Shown here: in pieces, positions 19,648 to 28,965 of the stretch | Position numbering within the stretch: the first letter of the stretch is position 1 | Layout: each line of letters opens with the position of its first letter | DNA from: a virus | Lineage: Duplodnaviria > Heunggongvirae > Uroviricota > Caudoviricetes | Virus record (IMG/VR): IMGVR_UViG_2526164662_000021 | Span: 32,001 to 96,000 of that record | Strand: one strand, 5' to 3' | Length of the DNA stretch: 64,000 nucleotides | Program-made: the position numbers and the translations under genes | The notes under the pieces: generated by a model | What the model saw: only the letters and a program-made list of their open reading frames with translations | Database searches by the model: none | What the model was told of the DNA's origin: nothing

Positions 19648-21237
19648 TTACTTAATAAGCAGCGGTACGCCCTGGATACGACGGGCTACGCCAGTCGGGC
19701 AGCAGGCCCAGACTACTTCCCATTTATCGAATTCCGCCTGCGTAACTTTCAGCACATACGGTTCTGTACCGTCAGCATCAGGATCACGAGGAGCCACCAG
19801 AGCGCCGGAGGCGACAAAGCGATCCAAAAGTTTGGTCATCCCTTTAGTCAGACCAGCGGCAGTAATACCGTCAGGGCTATGCTTCATCTGGCGGGCTAAC
19901 TGGACAAAGAAACGGCTGATTGCATTCATCAGGGATGGGACGTGCTGGAAGTGCAGATAGTTATCCTGCGTGCAGCAAGTTAAAGCATCGTCGATGATCA
20001 TCTGGCCAGAGGTGCCAACAGATACTTTATTGAGGCGGCCCTTAACCATTGCTTCTTCGTCCGGGGTATCTTCCGGATACAGCGGTTGAATTGACGCACG
20101 AGCAATGACGGCACGTTCTTCACCAGCCGGTGAGTAATGCCAACCGCCGACATCAGAGTTTTTCTTGACGCCACGAGCTTTCGCCGCATACGCCGCGCCA
20201 GACAGACCGAAGACCACACGGGATTGGGTCCATTTGTCTTTGCAGGAGAACGGGAAGTGATAGACAGCACAGCTTACATAATCGGTACCAAGTAAACCGG
20301 TATCTTCAACAGCAGAGAGCGCTTCCGTATACGTCAATGTCGGTTTGACATCAAAGAAGCCATCAATCAGGCGATCTGCACAGATTTTACCTAATGCGGT
20401 GATAGCCGCATTGTCATAGCAGCCCAGGCCGAGAACAGCGGTGTACATGTACGGCGCATTGTTCAGCACTTTCACCGCACGCAGGTAAGCAGCAGTGGAA
20501 ATGTTCGACTGATCGCCGTTGGTACCGCCAGTGAACGCCAGCGATTTTTTATTTGTTACTTTCGCCGTCGAAATCAGCTCTTCATTAACAACCGCGCGCA
20601 GATATTTAGAACGGGCTTCCAGAGCCGTAGGCAGATAACACAAGCGGCCCATGTCATCTTTCGCTTCTTCCGCCAAAGACACAGTGTGTGTCTCCAGGGT
20701 CGTTACCACGCCGAGCGAAGTCGTCTGGGTCAGTTTTAAGAGGAAGCGTTCATTACCCGCGCTGTCCGCTGTTGCCGTTTCGATGGTTAACTCACGGGTA
20801 GGTGAAATACACGGATCACCATCATCAACGTAGATAGCAAAGGCTTCGCCACTATCAAGTTCAATTTCAGAACCGTATGGCAACGCACTGTAAGCCGGTT
20901 CGCCTGATTCATCGAACATAATAATCGGGAACTTCGCATCATCCGGAACAGCACGAACAACATAACCTGACGTTTGCTGAATAGCTTCGTATACGTGGCG
21001 AATTGGTTCGAACTGTGAGCCGGAAGACGGCTTCAGCGGTTCGCCGAGAACATCTTCGTAATTGGACTCAGTAACCGCAAGAACAGTAAACGGCTTGCCA
21101 CGCGCAAATACGCCAATACCAGCCCACAAGCTGCTATTTAATGCAACACCGGTAGATAACGTCGCATCGGCATTGATCGGGCTAACAGCGACGCCGGATG
21201 CATTACCTAATGACTGTTGAATTGAATATTGAGACAT
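19648..21237 (-). CDS. Large virion structural protein (putative tail sheath)
   Basis: 529-aa ORF downstream of the putative capsid gene; assignment by size and operon position, not by motif. Confidence 0.45.
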   Translation of the reverse strand: MSQYSIQQSLGNASGVAVSPINADATLSTGVALNSSLWAGIGVFARGKPFTVLAVTESNYEDVLGEPLKPSSGSQFEPIRHVYEAIQQTSGYVVRAVPDDAKFPIIMFDESGEPAYSALPYGSEIELDSGEAFAIYVDDGDPCISPTRELTIETATADSAGNERFLLKLTQTTSLGVVTTLETHTVSLAEEAKDDMGRLCYLPTALEARSKYLRAVVNEELISTAKVTNKKSLAFTGGTNGDQSNISTAAYLRAVKVLNNAPYMYTAVLGLGCYDNAAITALGKICADRLIDGFFDVKPTLTYTEALSAVEDTGLLGTDYVSCAVYHFPFSCKDKWTQSRVVFGLSGAAYAAKARGVKKNSDVGGWHYSPAGEERAVIARASIQPLYPEDTPDEEAMVKGRLNKVSVGTSGQMIIDDALTCCTQDNYLHFQHVPSLMNAISRFFVQLARQMKHSPDGITAAGLTKGMTKLLDRFVASGALVAPRDPDADGTEPYVLKVTQAEFDKWEVVWACCPTGVARRIQGVPLLIK

Positions 21238-21297
21238 AACTTTCCCTGTTATGCGCCCCGCACGGGGGCGCTATGTTAAACGGAGAACTTCCCCTGA

Positions 21298-23007
21298 TTA
21301 CTCAGAGTCACCGGCATCAATCGTGTCGCCGCTTATAAAGTTAAGCCCGCCTTTTTTGGCCATTGTCAGCGTTACACGAGTGAAGTAATCAGCGCCGTTG
21401 CGTGGGTGCATATCGTTGATAGCCGAACCCCACAGCGTGGTACGGTTGACCAGCGCCGGAGTGGTCGGATGCTGGAACGGGATGGCCGGGACAGCATCAC
21501 CAGTCACGAAGCCTGCTTTACCCGGATTTTCATCACGGACGTAGCACAGCACATCCATCGAGCTGAACTGAATGTTCTCTGTCGTTAAGTTCTTACAAAT
21601 ACCAGCAGGTACTTCGTACACTTTCACGTTACCGAACAGGGTACCGATGTAGTGAACATACGGAGTCTGGATATAGTCTTCGGCTGGCTGGAAGAAATCC
21701 TTCGGCAACTGTTTGAAGAAAGATGCTGCATCAGCGCCAGCAAACATCCCCATCGCACCAGAAGATTTAACGCGCTCAATAATGTCGCGATATACAGTCT
21801 GGAATTTGCCACGAATGATGGTTGCCCATACATCAAAGGACTGGTTAACCGGCAGAGCGATGTCAAAGGTGTCGGTCGCAAGAGTACGCCAGATCATGAT
21901 GCGGAGACGCAACATATCCTGTTCATGGGACAGGTATTCTTTCAGGGTGCGGAACTGTAGGGAACCCAGGTCCAGACCAAATTCACGCTGTGCTTCATAC
22001 GCCGCCTGTACCGTGTGCTCAGCCGCGATAACGAACTGGCTTGGGAACAGGGTGTATTTCTTCATTTCGTGGTTGATCAGCGGGATCAGCTCAGGAGCGG
22101 CTTCAATATTGATTTCCGTCTCAATTGCGATCTCAGTGCCTTTATCCGGCGCTTTGGAGAACGACAGGGCAATCTGACCAATGTTGTAGTTCAGAGAGCA
22201 AGTAACAGTGATTTGCTCACCAGCAGCATTAGTAAACGAGTGAAGTAGGCTGCCGGAACCGTTATCAACAACAGACTTAATACGGTTAACGTAGATGTTA
22301 GTGCGACCTTTTCGGATTGGTACATTCTGGCCTTCGAAGTCTTCCATCTTGAAGGTTGCGGTTTTGCTGGTGCCATCGGAGCTTGCCACCAGCACATAGC
22401 GGCGGCGTAACTGGCTGTACACACCGACGGATTGCATGTCCAGAACATCACCAGCAGCATAAGAACCAAAAGAGGAACCTGCCACGTTAAAGACTTCATA
22501 GATGTCGGACTGGTCACGCGTAACCGGAATGAAGGTACACGCATCAGCGGTAGCTGCCCCCAACTGAACAGGCAGGATCATCGCGAGGAATAAAGGCAGA
22601 CGCATAACACCGTCAGAAACGCTCATCATCTCTGCTGCGACGGATTCCAGCATCGCTTTATTAGTGGCATCCATGCTATTGCGGGTGGACTCAATCAGGC
22701 AGTTTTCCAGCGTCTGGTGGCAGGAGGCCAGAATTTCCGGACGCGGCATAGATTTATGTGCTGCGGCGTAGTCAGCCAGTGAACTTGCCCACGCTGTAGC
22801 GATTTGAGCGGTGGCATTATCAGAGATACCCGCAAAAACCGGGTCTTTACGTGCAGCTTCAAGGATAGATGCGGCACGCGCGGCATCATCTTTAATGAAT
22901 TGGTTATCAGTACCGAACTGCGCAGTGCTTGCCCAGCCAAGCACAGCTTTAGAGCGTTTTGCGATATCTGCAATACGATTCTGGTATTCGCGTAAGTTAC
23001 TCAATTT
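21298..23007 (-). CDS. Large virion structural protein (putative major head protein)
   Basis: ORF open to 23025 with TTG codons at 23025 and 23007; AAGGAAG RBS favours the TTG at 23007; first gene downstream of a late-promoter-like motif. Confidence 0.45.
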   Translation of the reverse strand, partial: KLSNLREYQNRIADIAKRSKAVLGWASTAQFGTDNQFIKDDAARAASILEAARKDPVFAGISDNATAQIATAWASSLADYAAAHKSMPRPEILASCHQTLENCLIESTRNSMDATNKAMLESVAAEMMSVSDGVMRLPLFLAMILPVQLGAATADACTFIPVTRDQSDIYEVFNVAGSSFGSYAAGDVLDMQSVGVYSQLRRRYVLVASSDGTSKTATFKMEDFEGQNVPIRKGRTNIYVNRIKSVVDNGSGSLLHSFTNAAGEQITVTCSLNYNIGQIALSFSKAPDKGTEIAIETEINIEAAPELIPLINHEMKKYTLFPSQFVIAAEHTVQAAYEAQREFGLDLGSLQFRTLKEYLSHEQDMLRLRIMIWRTLATDTFDIALPVNQSFDVWATIIRGKFQTVYRDIIERVKSSGAMGMFAGADAASFFKQLPKDFFQPAEDYIQTPYVHYIGTLFGNVKVYEVPAGICKNLTTENIQFSSMDVLCYVRDENPGKAGFVTGDAVPAIPFQHPTTPALVNRTTLWGSAINDMHPRNGADYFTRVTLTMAKKGGLNFISGDTIDAGDSE

Positions 23008-23055
23008 ACTCTTCCTTAAACACAAGGCACTTGTGTGAATCCCTTTTCGGAAGAG

Positions 23056-23071
23056 ATTTTATTGAAAGTCA
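23056..23071 (-). promoter_or_regulatory. Late-promoter-like motif TGACT-N5-TAAAAT
   Basis: Minus-strand TGACTTTCAATAAAAT about 30 bp upstream of the ORF start; embedded in an inverted repeat GAAAGTCA-cttg-TTGACTTTC. Confidence 0.45.
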
Positions 23072-23139
23072 CTTGTTGACTTTCTCGTGACAAGCAATTT
23101 TTTTATTTTTTTCGGGAGTAGGGGAGGAAGGTAAAATCC

Positions 23140-23228
23140 AAGGTGAAATCGTGGCGATTTCACCTTGAAATTTTAGAGGGATTTACTTTAAAAACAGTAG
23201 TTTAATAGTGAAATTTGAATGGCGAAAG
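23140..23228. promoter_or_regulatory. parS partition site (P1-type box A/box B with A-T-rich IHF-like centre)
   Basis: Heptamers ATTTCAC and hexamers TCGCCA on both sides of an AT-rich spacer (GTGAAATCGTGGCGATTTCAC ... TAGTGAAATTTGAATGGCGA), directly downstream of parB. Confidence 0.75.
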
Positions 23229-23229
23229 T

Positions 23230-24231
23230 TTAAGGCTTCGGCTTTTTATCGAGGCTCTTTCTAAGGATATGCCCAATCATCCTGTCGAGTTCTTCCTGTA
23301 GCTCTTTTGAAAGTCGATTAAACTCATAAGAAAATGCACGGCCTTTCACGCGCTTCCTTGCAAAGCGATCCTTGTCCTCAAATTTCCATAATTCAGTAAC
23401 TACGGACTTATCTTTAGAACCTTTATCCGTGAGTAGTGAGGCTTCCTTTGTTATCAAGCGCAGGATTTTATTTTTAACTTCATCTTCGGCCATTTCTTCA
23501 ATGGATAAGATGTCGTTTATTTCCGGGGATATATTTTGAATAAGCTGATCAAACTCTAAATTCTTGTTCCCCATTTCGTCGCCAACAGCACAAAGCGTTT
23601 TGTAGTCCGAAAAGGTTAATTCCGACTGCACAGGGAAAAGGGCGACTAATTCTTCCGGAGCACTCGCTGCCTGGAGAGCACGCGTGACCTTCGCCTGAGA
23701 CAGCCCTTCTTTGGCTGCAATATCCTTCTGACTCATCCCATCATTTTTCATTCGCATCAAACGCAGACCTATTTCTCGAATGCTGTGCTGCAATGCTGTC
23801 TGAACGTCTTTCGCTAAATTTTGCGCTTCCTGAACGCTGATCTCCTGGTCCGTGACTAAAACCCGCAACCCTACGTTCTCTAAGATGGCAGAAGCTCGAC
23901 GCCGGGAACCATCCAAAATTTCAATTTTCCCTGTTGCCCGTCTAACACCTATTGCAGGGTAAAATTGCTGATGCTTAATAGTGCTTCGGATACTTTTTAA
24001 TGATTTTGGCGTAAGAGATGCCTGGTCACGCCCGTTGTTATGCTGATCAACAAAGGTATCGCTTTCTACCTGGTTCGGAGGTATTACCTCTTCAATAAAT
24101 GTGGCCTGGCGACCAGTTGATAACTTGAATACCTGCTCGACTCGATCGCCAGAGGCTGAAGAACTATCAAATCCGCTTAATATTGAAGGATTAAGGGTTC
24201 GCCCAATTGTTGGTCTGTTTTTCTTTGACAT
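23230..24231 (-). CDS. parB: Partition protein ParB
   Basis: 333-aa ORF (MSKKNRPTIGRTLNPS...), downstream of parA and upstream of parS; HTH region GLSQAKVTRALQ; length as recalled for P1 ParB. Confidence 0.9.
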   Translation of the reverse strand: MSKKNRPTIGRTLNPSILSGFDSSSASGDRVEQVFKLSTGRQATFIEEVIPPNQVESDTFVDQHNNGRDQASLTPKSLKSIRSTIKHQQFYPAIGVRRATGKIEILDGSRRRASAILENVGLRVLVTDQEISVQEAQNLAKDVQTALQHSIREIGLRLMRMKNDGMSQKDIAAKEGLSQAKVTRALQAASAPEELVALFPVQSELTFSDYKTLCAVGDEMGNKNLEFDQLIQNISPEINDILSIEEMAEDEVKNKILRLITKEASLLTDKGSKDKSVVTELWKFEDKDRFARKRVKGRAFSYEFNRLSKELQEELDRMIGHILRKSLDKKPKP

Positions 24232-24247
24232 GGGGGTTTCTTACTCC

Positions 24248-25444
24248 TCAGTTAGATCTGATAAATTCAATACGGTCAAAAACTGCTTTAGCAAAATCTT
24301 CCGCGGCAATTCGCGCGTTCTTCAATGCATCAGCACTACCAACATACGTTGCCGGGTTAGCTGAAATAACAGTGTCAAAAGACTCGCCGCAACGTTCAAA
24401 ACCGTCAAGGCGAGGGAGGACGACATCGAGCATATCCCCACCGAACACTTCTTTAGCCAGGCTATGGCAATACTTATGATCTGCCTTGTTACTCAACTTG
24501 GACATAAAACCAATGTTAGTCGCAAGCTGGCACTCGCAGCCTTCATCCGAAATGAGTTTCACCAACTCAGGAAGGCGGGCAACGTATTTAAGCGATGAGT
24601 GGAAATCGACAGTTGCTGGCGGCAGAGGTGTAAACAGTATATTGGCCGAGGCCAAAGCATTTTTCAGGAAGGCGTCAAGGTGAGGACCACTATCAACGAG
24701 GATAAAATCATAATCGCTCTTCAGCTTATCAATCACATTTTCTTTCAGGACAGCATGGATGTTCTGACCCGGTAGATGCTCATTGCACAGCTCTCTCCAA
24801 TCGGATGCAATAAAGGCATCGTCAATCGACGCAGGCATAACGTCAACCCCAGGTACAACAGAAGGAACAATAAACTCCTCTAACAGCTCTTCACGGCTTA
24901 CATTCTGCAACATAGCCTGTGCAGATGTTGCGTTTACGATACCAATAGAGTGTTTATGGCTTAAAAACATCGTTGCTGAAGATTGCGGATCAAGGTCAAT
25001 AACCAGAATCCTTAAATCTTCCATCAGAAGATGAGGGTGAGCACGCATTGCATGCGCCAGAGAAACCGTCGATACAGTTTTTGACACACCGCCTTTAAGA
25101 TTGGAGATGAAAATCACATACGCTTCGCTGTAGCGATCCCGGTATTTTGGCACTCCGCGATGTTCATATATGTCAATGATGTTCTGAATTGACATCGCAT
25201 ATTTCATTGAAGAGCCAGCAGGGCGCTTATCGAAAACATAACCCTTTTCTTCCATTTCACTTACAGCATAGTCAACGTTCGCTCGAGTCAGTAGAGGCAA
25301 TTTTGCCAGTGCCGCTTTCGCATAGACCTGGTAAAACTCGTTCGCGTGTAGCTCATCCTTTTGCAACTGTACTTGTTCAGTCAGAACATTGAGCATTCTG
25401 TTTGCTCTTTGAGCAACCTTGTGAAGCTGGCTGGAATCACTCAT
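24248..25444 (-). CDS. parA: Partition ATPase ParA
   Basis: 398-aa ORF (MSDSSQLHKVAQRANRMLNV...); Walker A NLKGGVSKT; N-terminal extension typical of type Ia ParA. Confidence 0.9.
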   Translation of the reverse strand: MSDSSQLHKVAQRANRMLNVLTEQVQLQKDELHANEFYQVYAKAALAKLPLLTRANVDYAVSEMEEKGYVFDKRPAGSSMKYAMSIQNIIDIYEHRGVPKYRDRYSEAYVIFISNLKGGVSKTVSTVSLAHAMRAHPHLLMEDLRILVIDLDPQSSATMFLSHKHSIGIVNATSAQAMLQNVSREELLEEFIVPSVVPGVDVMPASIDDAFIASDWRELCNEHLPGQNIHAVLKENVIDKLKSDYDFILVDSGPHLDAFLKNALASANILFTPLPPATVDFHSSLKYVARLPELVKLISDEGCECQLATNIGFMSKLSNKADHKYCHSLAKEVFGGDMLDVVLPRLDGFERCGESFDTVISANPATYVGSADALKNARIAAEDFAKAVFDRIEFIRSN

Positions 25445-25582
25445 CGAAAGTCATCCTTTATGCTGTATTTTTGAATTTAATTAAAAATGCTGCATAAAAT
25501 AATAATGTATGCGCAGATGCTTGTACATAGCATTCTCTGCATGTTTGATTCATTTTTCACGATTGAGAGTTGCAAGGCGGGC

Positions 25583-25606
25583 ACAAAAAAGCCCCGTTCA
25601 GGGGCA
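25583..25606 (-). terminator. Rho-independent terminator after the T5orf172-like gene
   Basis: Minus strand GCCCC-tgaac-GGGGC followed by TTTTTT. Confidence 0.6.
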
Positions 25607-25612
25607 TCAGTG

Positions 25613-26422
25613 TTATTTGTTAAGAGCTGCGAATAATCGTTCGAAATCGATAGTATATATAGCACGCGTAAGCGCCGGAAGTTCAGCCTCAAAGTACCCG
25701 TGTCGATCGTAAAAGAAGGGACCAAAGAGCGAGGAATGTTGGATTCTACTTCGCCCCAGCCCGGACACACAGTTAAGTCCATTACCGGATAAAAGGCTAA
25801 AAAACTTCTCTGGATTATCGTGGTAAAGCTGGGAATCAATGGTGGCAGTTAACTCTTCCATAGGGAAGCACACCCGCCCAGTCTCCCAGGAATATTTAGT
25901 CCGAAGCGTAAACATCGCTTTCAGCAATTCACATTGAGCGCGGATCGCGTCAGGTTCATAGCCAGATATGGAGACATAAGCCACATCCCTCATTCCTGCG
26001 TCATCTTTGAAAGTCACGATAGAAGTAACATCCAGTTCTTTTTCGAAAGAGCGAGCAGCATCTACTGGACGCTGAAGTAAATCATTCGACTTAATCCGCT
26101 CAAGAATCCCTCCCCACATATCATTTAGGTATTCGATATGAGCCAAAACCTTATCAAGACACTCTCGTGTAAACCATTCAGTATGCCCGCCACCGGCGCT
26201 TTTCTCCCACGGCGCATTCCAGGGGAAAAAGGTTGCGTGTAAAGCCCGCTCAAGATTAACCATTGCCAAACGCGTACCACGATAGACCCGTGAAAGCGCA
26301 AAATCGGGACTCACTTGTAGCCCTTTAAACCGTGCCAATGGACCACATGAAATGCCGATTTTAAAAGTATCTCCGTTCTCCGGCACCAGAACGTAGAGGT
26401 AGTGTTGTTTCTCTTCTTGCAT
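25613..26422 (-). CDS. T5orf172/GIY-YIG-like domain protein (hypothetical)
   Basis: N-terminus YLYVLVPENGDTFKIGIS...LERALHATF...GGHTEWF resembles the T5orf172 (GIY-YIG-like) fold; about 170-aa C-terminal region of unknown function; own terminator. Confidence 0.55.
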   Translation of the reverse strand: MQEEKQHYLYVLVPENGDTFKIGISCGPLARFKGLQVSPDFALSRVYRGTRLAMVNLERALHATFFPWNAPWEKSAGGGHTEWFTRECLDKVLAHIEYLNDMWGGILERIKSNDLLQRPVDAARSFEKELDVTSIVTFKDDAGMRDVAYVSISGYEPDAIRAQCELLKAMFTLRTKYSWETGRVCFPMEELTATIDSQLYHDNPEKFFSLLSGNGLNCVSGLGRSRIQHSSLFGPFFYDRHGYFEAELPALTRAIYTIDFERLFAALNK

Positions 26423-26439
26423 ATCAATACCACTGCTTG

Positions 26440-26720
26440 ATGAGAACCGCGCAAATGTTGACTATGCGCGAAAGTTAATGTGAATAGTTGACTATGCGCG
26501 ATGTGACTACAGTCAAAAGTTGACTGTAGTCGATTTAACTCCACCAAAAATCGACTATGTAAGATATTGTCGGGAGAAACGTTGACTATACGCGATGAAA
26601 TGACCCTAAAAGCCATCTCAATAGCGACTTGCAGAATATTGACGCCAGCAAAAATCCACCAGCGTCAACGAATGTCGCCTATAGTCAACTTCTCGCTATC
26701 GCATATAGTCAATATTATGG
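26440..26720. repeat. Iteron array downstream of repA (incA-like copy-control repeats)
   Basis: About nine copies in both orientations of a core near GTTGACTATGCGCGA / TCGCGTATAGTCAAC (e.g. 26450, 26480, 26512, 26582, 26670, 26695). Confidence 0.7.
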
Positions 26721-27656
26721 ATTGCGCTTATGGATCTGGAAGCCGATTTTCCTGCCGTTTTTTATCTCTGAAAATTTAAGATATTCAATAGCTTCCAAAT
26801 CTTTCATAGCTTTTCTGATAACGCTATTTTGCACGCTAACGGATGATTTGAGATTAAGCCTTGCTCTAAGGCGCTCAATGCTGACAGGTGCCGGGTTGGC
26901 GGGTAGAGCCTCAAAGAATGTATACAGCACCTTGGCCGTCTCTTTGCGCCCGAGCTTATCCAGCATCTTCAGCTTCAGGATTCGCTTATAGTCAACATAG
27001 TAAAGTTCAGATAGCTGTTTCTGCGGCTGGATCTCGATAACATCAAGCTCGGTATTCAGGCTGCTATATGCCAACAAGTTGACGTTAATGTTATTGAGAT
27101 GACCTTTTGCCGCCGGGAAGCGGAATTTGACAACTGTCTGCTGAATGCGTGTCAGAGAGTCATCAATACTTTTACGGAACGCCTTTGAAAGGCGCTTACG
27201 TGGATAGCCGCATCGATCGGCAAACTCGGAGAATGGCAGGGTGATTATGCCGTCATCATCAGGTGCGTAGTCAAACAACGCGGAGGTTATGCCCACCCAC
27301 ACCTTAAAATCAGTATCCATATCCAGGCGTGGACCATGTATTTCAATTCCCTCATAGCCTTCCTGCTCAACAATTTTGAGGCTTGATAGTTCTTCGGTTG
27401 CGTTCGTTGTGTTTGTAGTAACTGACGATCCGCGACGTAGTGCCACATTGGTAGATTTTAAGGTTGGCACAAACACACCTAAGCGCAACAAAGCGATTGG
27501 TTGTATAGTGCTATTGTTATTGGGTTTCAGGCTGTGGATTTCTCCTGTATTTCCTGCAACTTCTTCAACGCTAAGGAAGCCTTTATTTTCTTCCGGCATC
27601 GTGGTTTCTCCATATGTGGCGCGGCCTGGCGTCATCTGGATTGCAGTTATCAACAA
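26715..27656 (-). CDS. repA: Plasmid replication initiator RepA (iteron-binding)
   Basis: ORF flanked by iteron arrays on both sides; motifs PIALLRLGVFVP, GPRLDMDTDFK, YTF; probable start at an internal Met (MPEENKG...). Confidence 0.8.
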   Translation of the reverse strand: MLITAIQMTPGRATYGETTMPEENKGFLSVEEVAGNTGEIHSLKPNNNSTIQPIALLRLGVFVPTLKSTNVALRRGSSVTTNTTNATEELSSLKIVEQEGYEGIEIHGPRLDMDTDFKVWVGITSALFDYAPDDDGIITLPFSEFADRCGYPRKRLSKAFRKSIDDSLTRIQQTVVKFRFPAAKGHLNNINVNLLAYSSLNTELDVIEIQPQKQLSELYYVDYKRILKLKMLDKLGRKETAKVLYTFFEALPANPAPVSIERLRARLNLKSSVSVQNSVIRKAMKDLEAIEYLKFSEIKNGRKIGFQIHKRNP

Positions 27657-27659
27657 CTG

Positions 27660-27890
27660 TGAATAGTCAGGCTCTAAAATCGCGTACAGTCAATGTTTCT
27701 GTCGCGTATAGTCAACAATAAATCGCGTGCAGTCAACAATAAATCGTGCACAGTCAACATAAAATCGCGTATAGTCAATGTTGATCCCATTTCAGGCCAG
27801 AAATGGCGCGGCTTACAGCGATCCGGGATCTTCTTTGGATCTTCCTAGGTTCTCTTTAGGATCTGTTTATTGGATCTATGCTGTGGATAA
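27660..27890. promoter_or_regulatory. Plasmid origin oriR-like: five direct iterons, GATC cluster and DnaA box
   Basis: Five direct repeats ATCGCGTATAGTCAAC-like with ~21-bp period (27675-27780); six GATC sites in heptamer-like repeats (27783-27876); DnaA box TGTGGATAA at 27882-27890. Confidence 0.65.
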
Positions 27891-27933
27891 GTTGAATAAA
27901 CCGGCCAATAAAGCCGGTTGGAAGGAAGCCGTA

Positions 27934-28326
27934 TTATTCTACGCTCTCGATAAGAAGACCATGTTCATAACATTTAAGCTCATCGCCTTCGTACAGGAAT
28001 TGGTATCCAACACCACCATCTTCATGGACATTAGGGAATAACTCATAACTCACTGAAGAGCAAATCACACCAATGCAGCGATCAACTCCTTCTCGTTCTT
28101 CAGTGCAGAAAAAATCCTCTTCGGTAAGAACATGAGTACATTGCTCATCAGCATAGGTCGGAAATACATGCTCAATGCAATCCGGGTGTTTTAAACCAAG
28201 CTGATCGGCAAGCTCGAAAGCACGACGGTATTGTTCAGATCCTGGCTTGCCAACAGTGATTTGCTCAATTTTGTAGATTGAAGTCGCTTTGTTGATAGTT
28301 TGCTTTACTGTTACTTTATCAGACAT
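27934..28326 (-). CDS. Hypothetical protein
   Basis: 130-aa ORF, Cys/His-rich; last gene of a minus-strand cluster. Confidence 0.4.
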   Translation of the reverse strand: MSDKVTVKQTINKATSIYKIEQITVGKPGSEQYRRAFELADQLGLKHPDCIEHVFPTYADEQCTHVLTEEDFFCTEEREGVDRCIGVICSSVSYELFPNVHEDGGVGYQFLYEGDELKCYEHGLLIESVE

Positions 28327-28337
28327 AAAAATCCCTT

Positions 28338-28670
28338 TTAGTTACCGCTGATAGCGCGGTTGTAATCATTAACGTTGCGATTCTTCCTGTTAATCCCCAT
28401 CAGCATCGTTTCTGTATCAAGGATATAGGCTGGCAGATCATCAAAATATTCACTGCTAAACTCTGGCATCCTGCACATAAATGCACTTTTGGGGGCAGGG
28501 TGATTAACCTTTGTCGGCGTCGGCGTTAAATTCGCTGATCGACTCCCGGAGCAACCGCTGAGTGTCAACAGGAATGCGCTGGCGAACACTACCCGACGCA
28601 ACCAGTTGTTTCTGAACTTCAGCTTTTCGTTCCATTTGTCTGTCTGCATACTTCGCTTGTTCTGATTCAT
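28338..28670 (-). CDS. Outer-membrane lipoprotein, o-spanin (Rz1)-like, overlapping the upstream gene in another frame
   Basis: Lipobox LLTLSGC followed by Pro-rich segment (TPTPTKVNHPAP); starts inside the Rz-like gene (28504-28926) in a different frame; start codon uncertain. Confidence 0.4.
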   Translation of the reverse strand: MNQNKRSMQTDKWNEKLKFRNNWLRRVVFASAFLLTLSGCSGSRSANLTPTPTKVNHPAPKSAFMCRMPEFSSEYFDDLPAYILDTETMLMGINRKNRNVNDYNRAISGN

Positions 28671-28926
28671 TTTTCACTTCCTGGCTGTGAAAATGTTGAT
28701 CCGCTTTATTCATCGTCTCAATGGTCTGGTTAAGATCAATGATTGACTTATCGCGCTCCTTAACAGCCTGATCAAGGCTGCCAATTTTTTCCAAGGCTTG
28801 CTTTAACTGATAACGTTCCCATGCAAACCCAGCACCAACAAGTGCGCAAATCAGGACAAGAACACCAGTAACAGCAAGTTTCTCCTTCAAAGACAAAGCT
28901 GTTTTTAACGTTGAAAAAAACGACAT
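28504..28926 (-). CDS. Inner-membrane spanin (Rz)-like protein
   Basis: 140 aa; N-terminal TM segment (LAVTGVLVLICALVGAGFAW) then charged coiled-coil-like periplasmic domain. Confidence 0.45.
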   Translation of the reverse strand: MSFFSTLKTALSLKEKLAVTGVLVLICALVGAGFAWERYQLKQALEKIGSLDQAVKERDKSIIDLNQTIETMNKADQHFHSQEVKNESEQAKYADRQMERKAEVQKQLVASGSVRQRIPVDTQRLLRESISEFNADADKG

Positions 28927-28965
28927 TTCTTCCTCCTGAAGAAAAATTATCTGTGAAGTCCTTTG

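Noticed and set aside
26440-27780. Repeat arrays considered as a possible CRISPR array
   Set aside because: Repeats are ~15-19 bp with irregular spacing and mixed orientation, flank a RepA gene, and have no cas genes nearby; they are plasmid iterons.
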